From Clostridia bacterium (GTDB taxonomy: Bacteria > CBDUZB01 > JAGLHV01), in assembly GCA_030637025.1 (NCBI GenBank), contig DAOVVV010000005.1, forward strand, positions 1-64,000: DNA of 64,000 nt, read 5' to 3'. Of this stretch, positions 8,608 through 19,351 are shown one piece after another. Position numbers and translations under genes: made by a program. Below the pieces are notes generated by a model, which was given only the letters and a program-made list of their open reading frames with translations, searched no databases and was not told the origin of the DNA. Position 1 is the stretch's first letter, and each line of letters opens with the position of its first letter.

Positions 8608-10938
8608 ATGAAAACAATAACCTCTATCATTAAAAAAAAGTATCTTTTATTTATTATAGGGTTTTCTATTTTAACATCATTATTTTTATTAAATGGTGAT
8701 TTACCGGTGAGTATGGATGGCCCCTTATATATTACTCTGGCTAAATCGCTAGCTTTTAATCACACTTACAAGGATATTTGTTATCCGGGCGAACCTTACG
8801 AGGGAGTGGAACACCCGTTTTTATATCCCTTATTGCTCGCATTTGTTTTAATGATTTTTTCTGAAACCGTGATTGGTTTGAAATTGGTTTCTGTTTTATT
8901 TGGAATTGCTTCCCTGGGGGTTATTTATTTTTTCTTTTCCGGTAAATATCCAAATATTGCAAATTATATCTTTAGACATAAAGAATATAAATTAAAAAAT
9001 ATAATTGGTTGTTCATCTCTTTTCAGTCGTTCTGCCCTGGTGTTATTGTTTATGTGTACCAATCTTTGGTTTATATTTTTTTTAGTAACTACTATACCGG
9101 AAACGACATATCTTTTATTTTCGATGTTGGCTATTCTTTTCTTAGAAAAATATAAAAAACAAAATACTTATTTTAATATGTACCTTGTTTTGGGAATTAT
9201 TAGTTTAGTAGGGGCTTATTTTACCAAAACAATGGGTATTTTTCTTATACTGGCATCCGTTATTTACTTTGTAGTGCAAAAACAATATAAGAAAGCAATG
9301 CTGATTACTTTCTTTTGTTCTTTATTAATTTCTCCCTGGATTATATATAAGTTAATTTTGATTCCTTCTACTCTGGGTGAGGAAGGAAGTTTACCTCAGA
9401 CATATCTTTGGCAGATTTGGTATGGTTATAGGGGTAATGTAATAAATTTACTAAAAACAATTCCCTGGAATATTATTCAATATGCAAAAGCCGTTACTCA
9501 TTTATTACTACCCGGTTATTTTTTGGATATTCCCTGGTTTGAGGGGAAAGGTTATTTTCATATTTTATATGGTTTGGTGTCAGGAATAAAGAAAACAAGT
9601 ATATTGTTTTCTGTGCCTTTTTTTTACTTTTTAATAATTATTTTTTTATCCGGATTAGTAGTAGTAGGTTTTTTAGTCAAATTCAGAAAAAAGAACCTGG
9701 CAGAAATTTATTTTTTAATTTATTTTGTAATTCTTCTTCTCTGTCCTGCTAATTATTATTTTGTAGGAGGAAGAAGATATCTTTTTCCTTTATTGCCTTT
9801 TATTTTTTATTATTTGTGGACGGCTATGTTTTTATTAAAGAGAAGGATGAATTTATCTGCCCACTTATTTAAAGCAGTAATTCTGACTGTTTTTATAATA
9901 TTTTTTTATGGAAATATCATCCCGCTTCTTTGGGGAATAAAGGGAAATGTAAGTTACTTGATTAATAAAAAAGAGTTATCTCAGGAGGAAAGGAGTTATT
10001 ACTATTCTTCGGAGTATTTTGTTTGCTGGAAGCTTGCTTTATGGGTAAAGAATAATACTTTTCCTAATGATGTGTTTATGGCCAATGATCCTCCGGCATT
10101 TTATTTATTTACTGGCCGTAAAACATGTTATTTCCATCGCAGTCGTTATCAGTTAGATACGGAGCAAAGAAAAATAGCAGATATTGATTTAGAAATAGAA
10201 GAAAAAAAAGTAAAATATATTGCTGTCGATATGGAAACAGAAAAAATAGTGGAGAAATTGGATTATTATTGTAAAGAAAAATTATTTGTGCCTATCGCAG
10301 AATTTGAATCATTTCGGGAAGAAAAATTAAAGGTATACAGGGTATTGATGATTAACCCTAAATCTAAAGAGTTAAGTAATCAGGGAGTTTATTGGTACAA
10401 TAAGAGGAAGTTAAGGCAATCAATAAGGAGTTTTGAGAATGCTTTGGAAATTAATTCTAATTTTATAGGATATTTTAATTTGGGATGCTGTTATGAAAAG
10501 ATGGGTTTATTTCCGGAAGCATTGGATAATTACAGAAAAGCAATTAAGTTACAACCCAACTATGAAATAGCAAAAAACAGAATTAACATTATAACCAAGA
10601 AGGAACATCTAAAAGAAAATCCGAAAGATGCTTTGTTGTGGAATGCTCTGGGGGAAGCGTATATGGCCAATTATGATTATGAGGTAGCAATTAATTGTTT
10701 TTTAAAGGCCACGAAAATTAATCCCCGGATGGGTAAGGTATACTTTAAATTAGGGTTGGCCTATATTTTGACATATGATGATGAAAAGGCATTAGAGGCA
10801 TTTAAAACAGCATTTAGATTATTACCATCATTAAAATTTAAGATAAAATATTACATGAAAATCATGAATGGCAAAATAAAGGAAGAGGGTGAGTATTTAT
10901 CTTATGAAATAAGAGAAGTTGAACGGTTGCTAAAGTAG
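8608..10938 (+). CDS. GT-C membrane glycosyltransferase + TPR (paralog family A)
   Basis: DGPLYITLAKSL..Y.D..YP..P...HPFLYPLLLA, RYLFPLLPF, multiple TM segments; TPRs FNLGCCYEK..LQPNYEIAKNR. Confidence 0.8.
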   Translation: MKTITSIIKKKYLLFIIGFSILTSLFLLNGDLPVSMDGPLYITLAKSLAFNHTYKDICYPGEPYEGVEHPFLYPLLLAFVLMIFSETVIGLKLVSVLFGIASLGVIYFFFSGKYPNIANYIFRHKEYKLKNIIGCSSLFSRSALVLLFMCTNLWFIFFLVTTIPETTYLLFSMLAILFLEKYKKQNTYFNMYLVLGIISLVGAYFTKTMGIFLILASVIYFVVQKQYKKAMLITFFCSLLISPWIIYKLILIPSTLGEEGSLPQTYLWQIWYGYRGNVINLLKTIPWNIIQYAKAVTHLLLPGYFLDIPWFEGKGYFHILYGLVSGIKKTSILFSVPFFYFLIIIFLSGLVVVGFLVKFRKKNLAEIYFLIYFVILLLCPANYYFVGGRRYLFPLLPFIFYYLWTAMFLLKRRMNLSAHLFKAVILTVFIIFFYGNIIPLLWGIKGNVSYLINKKELSQEERSYYYSSEYFVCWKLALWVKNNTFPNDVFMANDPPAFYLFTGRKTCYFHRSRYQLDTEQRKIADIDLEIEEKKVKYIAVDMETEKIVEKLDYYCKEKLFVPIAEFESFREEKLKVYRVLMINPKSKELSNQGVYWYNKRKLRQSIRSFENALEINSNFIGYFNLGCCYEKMGLFPEALDNYRKAIKLQPNYEIAKNRINIITKKEHLKENPKDALLWNALGEAYMANYDYEVAINCFLKATKINPRMGKVYFKLGLAYILTYDDEKALEAFKTAFRLLPSLKFKIKYYMKIMNGKIKEEGEYLSYEIREVERLLK

Positions 10939-10991
10939 TGTATATTAATTTTTTATTTGAACAAAAATCACTAAAGCGGAATTTTTACCAA

Positions 10992-12179
10992 ATGCGAATA
11001 AAACTAATGCGTAAAATTGATTATTATCTGGGTATTCCTATTTGTTATTTTATTTCTATAATTAATAAATTGATTGTTTTTCCCTCTAAAAAAAACAATT
11101 TAAAGAACTGCCGAAAAGTATTATTTATTAAGTTCTTAGGGATGGGAAGCATAGTTCTTGCTTCATCGGCTTTAAAATTATTCAAGGCACAATATCCCTC
11201 TTGTAAAATTTATTTCATGACTTTTAATAAGAACAAGGATATCTGTGAACTTTTGAATTTAACAAGTAATCAATATCTATTGACTGTTGATGAGTCCTCA
11301 CTAATATCAATTATAATCGGCACTTTAAAAAATATAATTATTTTAAGGAGGCAAAAGATAGATGCTGTTATTGATATGGAATTTTTTTCCCGGGCAACAG
11401 CAATAATTTCTTTTCTAATCAGTCCGGCTTACCGGGTCGGTTTTTGTAACCCGAATACAAAAGGATTATATAGAGGTAATTTTTTGACTCACCCGGTAAG
11501 GTATAATTGTTATAAGCATACTATTGATATTTTTGGTGCTTTGCTGAAGCCGTTTGATGTACAAAGAAAGAATAAGGAAATTTTTCTGCCAAAAATTAAA
11601 ATTGATGAAAAAACCAAAGAAGAGGTTTTTTGTAAATTAAAAAAAATAAATTGTAACGTTGACAGAAAAAGCAGATTAATAATAATAAATGTAAATAGTA
11701 GTAAATTGGCTACTTTAAGAAAGTGGCCGAAAGAAAATTTTATTATTCTTGCTGATAAAATTATTGACTACAACCATGAAAACTTTCTGATATTTATTGG
11801 GGATAAAGCAGATAAACAATATGTAACTTCGTGTATTAGCGGGATAAAAAATAAAAACAATGTGGTTAATTTAAGCAGCAAAATAAACATAAGGGAATTA
11901 ACTGCTCTTTTTTACAGCAGTAAAGTGTTTATTACTAATGATTCGGGCCCTGCACATTTAGCAGGTTTAACCGATATTAACATATTTGTTTTTTTTGGGC
12001 CTGAAACACCTGTTTTGTATAGACCGATTAGTGACAGAGTGGCTGTATTTTATAAAAATTTTTATTGTTCTCCCTGTCTTACAATATACAACGGAAAATA
12101 CTCTACTTGTAAAAATAATGAATGTTTAAGGGGAATTGGGGTTAATGAAGTATTCTATAAAATAAAGGACTATATTTAA
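10992..12179 (+). CDS. GT9 heptosyltransferase-like glycosyltransferase
   Basis: IKFLGMGS, RKWPKENF, FITNDSGPAHLA, FFGPETP, CSPC. ATG 10992 preferred over GTG 10938. Confidence 0.88.
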   Translation: MRIKLMRKIDYYLGIPICYFISIINKLIVFPSKKNNLKNCRKVLFIKFLGMGSIVLASSALKLFKAQYPSCKIYFMTFNKNKDICELLNLTSNQYLLTVDESSLISIIIGTLKNIIILRRQKIDAVIDMEFFSRATAIISFLISPAYRVGFCNPNTKGLYRGNFLTHPVRYNCYKHTIDIFGALLKPFDVQRKNKEIFLPKIKIDEKTKEEVFCKLKKINCNVDRKSRLIIINVNSSKLATLRKWPKENFIILADKIIDYNHENFLIFIGDKADKQYVTSCISGIKNKNNVVNLSSKINIRELTALFYSSKVFITNDSGPAHLAGLTDINIFVFFGPETPVLYRPISDRVAVFYKNFYCSPCLTIYNGKYSTCKNNECLRGIGVNEVFYKIKDYI

Positions 12180-12331
12180 GGGTTCCTCATATTTGACATA
12201 AAAACTTATTATAATGTAAAAAAAATATTAAACTAAAGAGACGGGAAAAAACTCCTTAAGCAAGTAAAATAAGGAGTTTAAAATGTTTAGAAAGAAATAA
12301 TAAAAGCAAATTGTGAGAATATAAAAATAAA

Positions 12332-14551
12332 ATGATAGAATTTATTAAAAAAAAATATTTTTTGGTTATCTTGGTGCTGTTTATATTGCTTTCCGGAGTC
12401 CTTATTAATTTAGATCTACCGGTTTTCGGCAAAGATAGTTCTTTTTACTTGATATTATCCCGTTCCATTAGTTCCGGTCAGGGATATAGTGACCTTTATT
12501 ATCCTCAAAATCCTCCTAATACAGAGTTTCCATTTGTTTATCCTTTGATATTGGCAATGATTTTAAAAATTTTTCCCAAAGCTGTTATTGAATTAAAATT
12601 GCTTTCCGTTTTATTTGGGTTGGCCTCTTTAATCGGTATATATCTTTTGTTTTTGAATAAACATAATAACGATGTACAAAATAAAAGGTTTACAGCTGTA
12701 ATTTATGATTTGGCAAGGCTAAATCATGAGTGGGTGATATTGTTATTGGTTTGTACTAATTTGTGGTTCCTATTATTTTCTACACTTATTGCTTCTGAAA
12801 TAATTTATCTGTTTTTTTCTCTTATTACTCTTATTTGGTTAGAAAAATATGCGGATAATGTAAAAGTCGTTAATAAATATTTATTTTTAGTATCTTTTAT
12901 GTTAATTGCATCTTTTTTTATTAAATTTATCGGGTTTTCGTTGTTTATGGCCGGCTCTATTTATTTTTTTATGATTAGGAATAAATATAAAAAAGGTTTG
13001 CTTTTAGTTGTTTTTTATTTCTTATTAATTTTACCATGGATAATTAGATTGATTTTAGTTTCTGATTCGGCTGTATCTATGAATTACCTTGACCAATTTA
13101 TATTAGGACACCGTCTATCTGTTATGAATATAGCCAGGGCAATTCCCGGTAATATTATCCGGTATACTTATAAAATTCCCGCTTTTTTGTTTTCAGGATA
13201 CTTTAGTCCGTTAGTTTTAAAGGGTAAAAAAGTTTATTTTATTTTTTCTGCTTTGGGAAGCATCTTTATTTTTATAAATGTATTATGGGGTTTTATCTTA
13301 AATTTTCGTAAGGGTAAAAATAATTTGATAAATATATATACCCTGTGCTATTTAGGAATAATAATTGTTTTACCCGGCTGTCTTTATGCGAAAATAGGGA
13401 ATAGATTGTTTTTCCCTTTACTTCCTTTCATAATATATTATTTTTTAAATGGTTTAGTCGTAATGATATTCTGGTTTTCGCGATTTGTAAACTTAAGTTT
13501 TTTTAAGAATAAATATTGGGTATTGGTTGGTGGGTTGTGTTTTATATTTATAGGTAACTTGTTTGTTATATTAAGATCCGCAAAAAGTAATGGACTTTAT
13601 TGTTCGGGGTGCACGTCTTTATCAAAAATCCAGAGGGAAAAATATATTTTATCCTGGTATATCGGTCAACTAACTGTAATTGAATGGGTTAGAGAAAACA
13701 CTTTATTAAATGATGCATTTATGTGTTCTAATCCGGCATTATTTTATTTAGAGACTAATCGCCGGGCAGTATATTTTCAGAAAGAGCCCTATTATCCTAA
13801 TTACCGTAGAGAGACGGAAGAGATAGAGTTTATAATAAAAGATAAAAAAATTAAATATATTATTGCGGATAATGATGAACAAAAGGAAATAATTGACCAG
13901 ATAAACTATCAGGAAAATATTAAATTAATATTGGTCCCTTTAAAAAAATTTAAATTACTGGAAGAGGGCTGGATAGAAATATATAAAGTGGTCGAAATTA
14001 ATTTACAGGCTAAAGCATTAAACAGTCAGGGAGTCTATTCTTTTAGTAATAAAGATTTTAAGCAAGCAATAGCAAATTTTAAAAAGGTATTAGAAATAGA
14101 TCCTAATTTTTTATTATATTTTAATCTGGGTAGTTGTTATGAAAAAAAAGGGTTATTTGAGGAAAGTGCAGGGTTTTATAATAAAGCAATTGATTTGCAG
14201 CCCAACTATGAAATAGCTAAAAACCGAGTGTCCTTTCTTCGACAGAAACGGGTAGTAGAGAAGAAACCCAAGGATGCGGGAGAATATTTGTTGTTGGGAG
14301 ATATTTATTTAAAAAATCATGATTTTTTTCAGGCAGTACTCTCTTTTAAAAGAGCACTTCAATTAGATTCCCGATTAACAATTGCTTATTATAATTTGGG
14401 AATTGTTTATAGTTACGTGCAGGATTATGACTTGGCTATATTATATCTTAAAAAAGTAATCGGGATGAATTCCCTTTTAAAGAATAAGGCAGAATGTTTA
14501 ATTAAGATTAATGAGAAAATAAAAAATATCCAGGAGCAGGACTCTAATTAA
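12332..14551 (+). CDS. GT-C membrane glycosyltransferase + TPR (family A)
   Basis: DSSFYLILSRSISSGQGYSDLYYP..P..EFPFVYPLILA; TPRs with LQPNYEIAKNR. Confidence 0.8.
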   Translation: MIEFIKKKYFLVILVLFILLSGVLINLDLPVFGKDSSFYLILSRSISSGQGYSDLYYPQNPPNTEFPFVYPLILAMILKIFPKAVIELKLLSVLFGLASLIGIYLLFLNKHNNDVQNKRFTAVIYDLARLNHEWVILLLVCTNLWFLLFSTLIASEIIYLFFSLITLIWLEKYADNVKVVNKYLFLVSFMLIASFFIKFIGFSLFMAGSIYFFMIRNKYKKGLLLVVFYFLLILPWIIRLILVSDSAVSMNYLDQFILGHRLSVMNIARAIPGNIIRYTYKIPAFLFSGYFSPLVLKGKKVYFIFSALGSIFIFINVLWGFILNFRKGKNNLINIYTLCYLGIIIVLPGCLYAKIGNRLFFPLLPFIIYYFLNGLVVMIFWFSRFVNLSFFKNKYWVLVGGLCFIFIGNLFVILRSAKSNGLYCSGCTSLSKIQREKYILSWYIGQLTVIEWVRENTLLNDAFMCSNPALFYLETNRRAVYFQKEPYYPNYRRETEEIEFIIKDKKIKYIIADNDEQKEIIDQINYQENIKLILVPLKKFKLLEEGWIEIYKVVEINLQAKALNSQGVYSFSNKDFKQAIANFKKVLEIDPNFLLYFNLGSCYEKKGLFEESAGFYNKAIDLQPNYEIAKNRVSFLRQKRVVEKKPKDAGEYLLLGDIYLKNHDFFQAVLSFKRALQLDSRLTIAYYNLGIVYSYVQDYDLAILYLKKVIGMNSLLKNKAECLIKINEKIKNIQEQDSN

Positions 14552-14710
14552 TTTTTTTGTAATGCAAGGTGTGTTTTTATTTGGGTGTAGTTCTTTTGGA
14601 AAAGAGATTTGAAAAGATGTAGTTGATTAATAGAATGGTGCTACTGAATAAAGGATTTAAACTATGGATATAACTTGTAAATTTATTTTTTTATCGGAAA
14701 GGTTAAATTA

Positions 14711-16174
14711 ATGAAAATTGTATTAGTAAAATCTTCAATTTATGGAAGTATTCCTTTGGGGATACCGGATGGAATGTCTCCTATAATAAATAGGTTTATT
14801 CATACTTGTCCGCCGTTAGGCATACCCTATATAGCGGCGGTTTTGTTAAAAGAGGGATTCGATGTGAGTATAGTAGACCCGGATGTTTACAGGAAAAAAA
14901 ACACAGACGCTGCTATTGTAAAAATACTTGACCAAAAACCGGATGTGATTGGGATTTCCGTTATGTCTCATACTTTTTTATATGGGTTGGAATTAGCTCA
15001 AAAGCTTAAGATGGTTACTGATATTCCCATTATCGTTGGGGGAAATCATCTGATGCTTTATCCCCACGAGGTAATGACTCATAAGTGTTTTGATATCGGC
15101 GTTATAGGAGAAGGTGAAATTGTTTTTTTAAAAATTGCCCGCCTTTTAGATAAAAAAGGTGCAGATTATAAAAAGAATTTGTATGAAATTCCTAATATTA
15201 TATTCCAGAGCGAGGGAGAGATTATCCGTACCGAAAGAAAAGAGCCTGTTAAGGATTTGGATAGTTTGCCTTTTCCTGCAAGACAATTATTGCAGATTAA
15301 CAAGTATTGTCAACCGACTTTAAAAAAACCTTTTACTATTATTGTTTCTACCCGGGGTTGCCCTTACCGTTGTACATTTTGCTCAAGGGATAGTATGGAG
15401 AGGTCTTACCGTGTTCGCTCTATTGAGGCTGTAGTTGAAGAAATAAAGTATTGCATAGATGAGTTTAATATGAAAAGCTTTTATTTCGTAGATGACACTT
15501 TTACGGTAGATAAGAAAAGAGTCCTTTCCTTTTGTGAACTGATTCAAAAACGTGGAATAAAAACAGAGTTCAGTATGAGGACGAGAGCGGATTGTATGGA
15601 TGAAGAAATTGTAAAAGCACTTAAGAATATTAATTGCATACAAGTCAGTCTGGGCATTGAATCAGGGGATGATGTTATTCTGAAATTGTTAAAGAAAAAG
15701 ATATCTTTGGAACAAGTGGAAAAAACAGTATCCTTGTTGGTAAAATACCGTATACGAGCTGTGGGTTTTTTAATGGTCGGTCATCCTGAGGAGAAGCTGG
15801 AAAGCATCCAAAAGACATTTCGGTTTGTAAAAAAAATTCAACTTGATTGGTGTAAGGCTAATATTCTTACTCCTTATCCCGGTTCTGAGTTGTATTATAA
15901 TCTCCTGAAAGAAAAACAGATAGACGATTTTTGGAAAAAGATAACTATTGAGGGGCGTGTCTATAAAACACCGAATATTAGCAAATATTTAAGCATTAAT
16001 GAGCTTAATGATTGGAGAGACAAAATAAATGCCATACCTTACTTCAGAAAAAAGACTAATTTGTTGAAATTTGAGAAAATAACTTCTTTCAGGGATATAT
16101 TTATCACTGCTGCGTGGGTATATTACTATTTAGCTAAGAAGGTCAAAAAGACTTTTCGGGATTTTATGAATTAA
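14711..16174 (+). CDS. B12-binding radical SAM protein
   Basis: PPLGIPYIAA and IVGGNH B12-domain motifs, GEGE, TRGCPYRCTFC (CxxxCxxC), FVDDTF, GIESG. Confidence 0.9.
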   Translation: MKIVLVKSSIYGSIPLGIPDGMSPIINRFIHTCPPLGIPYIAAVLLKEGFDVSIVDPDVYRKKNTDAAIVKILDQKPDVIGISVMSHTFLYGLELAQKLKMVTDIPIIVGGNHLMLYPHEVMTHKCFDIGVIGEGEIVFLKIARLLDKKGADYKKNLYEIPNIIFQSEGEIIRTERKEPVKDLDSLPFPARQLLQINKYCQPTLKKPFTIIVSTRGCPYRCTFCSRDSMERSYRVRSIEAVVEEIKYCIDEFNMKSFYFVDDTFTVDKKRVLSFCELIQKRGIKTEFSMRTRADCMDEEIVKALKNINCIQVSLGIESGDDVILKLLKKKISLEQVEKTVSLLVKYRIRAVGFLMVGHPEEKLESIQKTFRFVKKIQLDWCKANILTPYPGSELYYNLLKEKQIDDFWKKITIEGRVYKTPNISKYLSINELNDWRDKINAIPYFRKKTNLLKFEKITSFRDIFITAAWVYYYLAKKVKKTFRDFMN

Positions 16175-16280
16175 GTAAAAATATAAAAGTTAATAAATTA
16201 GAATAATTATAAAACAATTTTTAGGTTTTATTTAAAAGTGTGGTTTAAGACAAACGATATTATATTTTACGGATAGGGAT

Positions 16281-17486
16281 ATGGATTTAATGACTAATGT
16301 ACGTTGTTTTTCAGATAAAAAAAACAGTTTTTGTAAGGGGTATATCCTTTCAGAAAATAATCATGTTTATTTAACCAGGTATGATAAAGGAAAGAAGAAA
16401 AGAACTTTATTGGAAAAAGATGCCTTGCTTTATCATATTCTGCAAAATTTAGGAAGAAAAAAAATGATTAAACCCCACCATCTTTTTCTGGAGATTACCG
16501 GGAGATGTAACCTTAATTGCCAGGTATGTTACGCCCGGAACAAAGTTTTGTCCGATATTAAAAGTGAAGAAGTTAGAAGGCTTATTTCTCCTTTTAAAAA
16601 TAAGATAGTAAGTATTTCAGGGGGTGAGCCTACTTTACATAAAGAACTTCCTGCTATTATACGTATTTTAAATAAAAAAAATGTTCCGGTATTGGCAACT
16701 AACGGGGTTAGGTTAGCGGATTTTGAATATGTAAAAAAATTGAAATCTGCAGGTCTTCGATATGTTACTTTTTCTTTTAACGGATATAGTAATCATCCGT
16801 ATGAATGTATAAATGGACAAGCTCTTTTAAAGATTAAGTTGCAGGCTCTGGATAATCTTTGTCGGGCGGGGATAAAAGTACTTTTATCTATGCTTTTAGT
16901 AAGAGGTATTAATGAAAACGAGGTTGGACCGGTTTTTCGTTTTGCTTTTAAGAGGAAAGATTTTATTCGTGAATTGCGGATACGAAGTATGAGTTCGTAT
17001 GGGTCATATTTGTCTTCTAAACAGTTTTTTTCTTCCGAAATCTTACAGTTAATATGTAAACAGACCGGACTTGAGAAAAAAGCTATTCATCAGGAACTAT
17101 TGTTTAAGAAAAAAATATCAGAATTAATCCCTCAAGTGGGCATTCTATTGAAGCCCTGCCGGTTTAATTTTTTGGTAAAAGCTTCGGAGGGGAAATGTAA
17201 AGCATTATTTAATATTAATGAACAAACTTCGATTTTTCCCTCTCTTCTTAAAATCTTATATAATAACTATAGCAGTGCTTCTATTTACCGGATGTTACTT
17301 AAAAGCTTAAATCTTTCAAGATCATTATGGACTCATCCTTCATCGTGTCTGAAAATTTCTGTACGTTCATGGCCAACCAGGGAAACCCTTATATTTAAGG
17401 AACATGTTCGATTTTGCGGTACCCGGTATCTTAACGGAGTACAAAAGGGTTTACCCTTGTGTTATAGCAATATCTTGCATTCTTAA
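16281..17486 (+). CDS. Radical SAM protein resembling the Tes/MJ0619 (tetraether synthase) family, divergent
   Basis: EITGRCNLNCQVCYA, SGGEPT, ATNGVRLAD.EYVKKLK.AGL, LLKIKLQALDN, LVRGINENEVG, C-terminal RFC..Y...LPLCYSN. Radical SAM call is secure; the subfamily is from recalled motifs. Confidence 0.8.
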   Translation: MDLMTNVRCFSDKKNSFCKGYILSENNHVYLTRYDKGKKKRTLLEKDALLYHILQNLGRKKMIKPHHLFLEITGRCNLNCQVCYARNKVLSDIKSEEVRRLISPFKNKIVSISGGEPTLHKELPAIIRILNKKNVPVLATNGVRLADFEYVKKLKSAGLRYVTFSFNGYSNHPYECINGQALLKIKLQALDNLCRAGIKVLLSMLLVRGINENEVGPVFRFAFKRKDFIRELRIRSMSSYGSYLSSKQFFSSEILQLICKQTGLEKKAIHQELLFKKKISELIPQVGILLKPCRFNFLVKASEGKCKALFNINEQTSIFPSLLKILYNNYSSASIYRMLLKSLNLSRSLWTHPSSCLKISVRSWPTRETLIFKEHVRFCGTRYLNGVQKGLPLCYSNILHS

Positions 17487-17515
17487 AATGTGAAAAGTGA
17501 ATTGGGGATAATGAA

Positions 17516-18421
17516 ATGAAAAACAGTAAGATTTGGGTAAATGGTGAATATATTGAACAGGTGAAAGGGATAGTAAATGTTTCCCTTAATACAATTCACT
17601 ATGGGACGAGTATTTTTGAAGGTATTTTATGTGTAGGGACAGGAAAAAAAAAGGTTATATTCAGGCTTCAGGAACATATTGAGAGATTATATTATTCTGC
17701 TAAAGTATTGAATTTTAATATTTCCTATTCAAAAGAAGAATGGTATAAGGCAATAAAAGGTTTGATTAAAATCAACAATTACAAGTCTTGCTATATAAGG
17801 CCGGTTGTCTTTATGGATGCTTCTTATCTTGATTTATCGCCAAAGGAGAAATTAAGTACCATTATAATGTGTAAGCAATTTAATATTTACTTGTTTTTGT
17901 TGCAGATGAGAAGAAAGGTTAAACTTACCGTATCCAAAAAGGTAAAAAACACCTGGGAAGGTGTTTTGGCCAAAGCCAAAATATCCGGTAAATACATAAA
18001 TAGTGCTATTGCCATGATTGAAGCAAAGGAGAACGGATTTGATGATTCTTTTTTATTAAATGAGCATAAAAAAGTATGCGAAGCAAGTTCGTCGAATGTT
18101 TTTGTTGTTAAAGATGGTATTATAAAAACTCCGTTTCCTGATAATATTCTCAATGGAATTACGCGGGATTCGATAATAAAAATAGGACAAAACCTTGGCT
18201 ATAGTTTTGTTGAGCAGGATATAGCAGTAGATGAATTGTATACTGCTGATGAGATATTTCTGACCAGTACGGCAAGAGGGATTAAGTTGGTTTCCCGGGT
18301 AAACTCAAAGAAAATAGTAGATTCAACTAAGATGAAAATAGGGCAAGTTTTACAAAGGAAATATATCGAGATTATTTTGGGAAAAGATGATAAATATGAT
18401 AAATGGCTTAGTAGTTTTTAA
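17516..18421 (+). CDS. ilvE: Branched-chain amino acid aminotransferase-like (PLP fold IV)
   Basis: IWVNGE, HYGTSIFEG, IFRLQEHIERL, YIRP, AKAKISGKY (PLP Lys), EASSSNVF, ILNGITRDS. Confidence 0.88.
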   Translation: MKNSKIWVNGEYIEQVKGIVNVSLNTIHYGTSIFEGILCVGTGKKKVIFRLQEHIERLYYSAKVLNFNISYSKEEWYKAIKGLIKINNYKSCYIRPVVFMDASYLDLSPKEKLSTIIMCKQFNIYLFLLQMRRKVKLTVSKKVKNTWEGVLAKAKISGKYINSAIAMIEAKENGFDDSFLLNEHKKVCEASSSNVFVVKDGIIKTPFPDNILNGITRDSIIKIGQNLGYSFVEQDIAVDELYTADEIFLTSTARGIKLVSRVNSKKIVDSTKMKIGQVLQRKYIEIILGKDDKYDKWLSSF

Positions 18422-18461
18422 CTTTATGAAATTCGGAAAGCAGTAGAAAGGAATTCATGTT

Positions 18462-19307
18462 TTGATAAACATTAATAAATATTTAATTTTCTTTAGAATT
18501 AAAGATTGGGTACATGTGTTAGGATTGGTAGTGTTAGGGTTTGTATGTGGTTCCGGATGGAAGATAGAATTTGGTATTTTTATCTTGAGTCTTCTGATAG
18601 GGTCTTTACATTTAGCCTATGGTTATTCTTTAAATAATTGTTTCGATATAAATGTTAATTATAGATTTTTAAAAGATAAAGACATTTTTTCTTTCAAGAG
18701 GGCAATGTTATTATCACATTACATATTGGTTATTAATTGCCTGATTTGTTTATTTTTTTTTAAAAGGGGACTTGCTTTAGTTATATCAGGGGCAGTTTTG
18801 GCTTGGATTTATTCGGCTCCACCGACAAGGCTTAAGAATGTACCGGTACTCGGTCTTTTTTGCAATTCAATGGCGTTTGGTGTTTTGTTTTTGATGGGGT
18901 ATTGTATCAATGATAAATTAGATATAAGATCTATCGTCTGGACATTTTTTATTCTTATTTTGTTTTTGCCGGTGCAGTTGATACACGAATTAAATGATAT
19001 AAAAGATGATAGGTTAAAAAAAATCAATACGACAGTTTCTAAGTACGGTGTTAAGGGAACGCTTGATTTAATCAGTTTTTTTCTTTTAATATTAATAGGG
19101 TGGGCACTTCTTTTAAATTATTTATCAGTTACATCAATTTATCTTTTTTTTCTAACTATAATTTTTTCGATATCGATGTCTTGTTTTCTGTTTAAGCGAA
19201 CCAGTAAGGGCGGAACATATATTGAAACATTTAAATTGAAACTGCAGGCCAGATATCTTGTTATTTTATTTGGAATTGGGATGTTCTTCATTTTATGTGA
19301 AACATAA
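18462..19307 (+). CDS. UbiA-family membrane prenyltransferase
   Basis: About 8 TM segments; LNNCFD (first acidic motif, degenerate), YSAPPTRLK, HELNDIKDD..KKINT. Confidence 0.8.
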   Translation: MININKYLIFFRIKDWVHVLGLVVLGFVCGSGWKIEFGIFILSLLIGSLHLAYGYSLNNCFDINVNYRFLKDKDIFSFKRAMLLSHYILVINCLICLFFFKRGLALVISGAVLAWIYSAPPTRLKNVPVLGLFCNSMAFGVLFLMGYCINDKLDIRSIVWTFFILILFLPVQLIHELNDIKDDRLKKINTTVSKYGVKGTLDLISFFLLILIGWALLLNYLSVTSIYLFFLTIIFSISMSCFLFKRTSKGGTYIETFKLKLQARYLVILFGIGMFFILCET

Positions 19308-19351
19308 AGGGGATAAACTGAATAAAGTGATATAATGAGGTCTTTTATTTT

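Noticed and set aside
12193-12215. Consensus TTGACA and TATAAT boxes
   Set aside because: The spacer is 11 bp rather than ~17, so they are not a canonical sigma70 pair.
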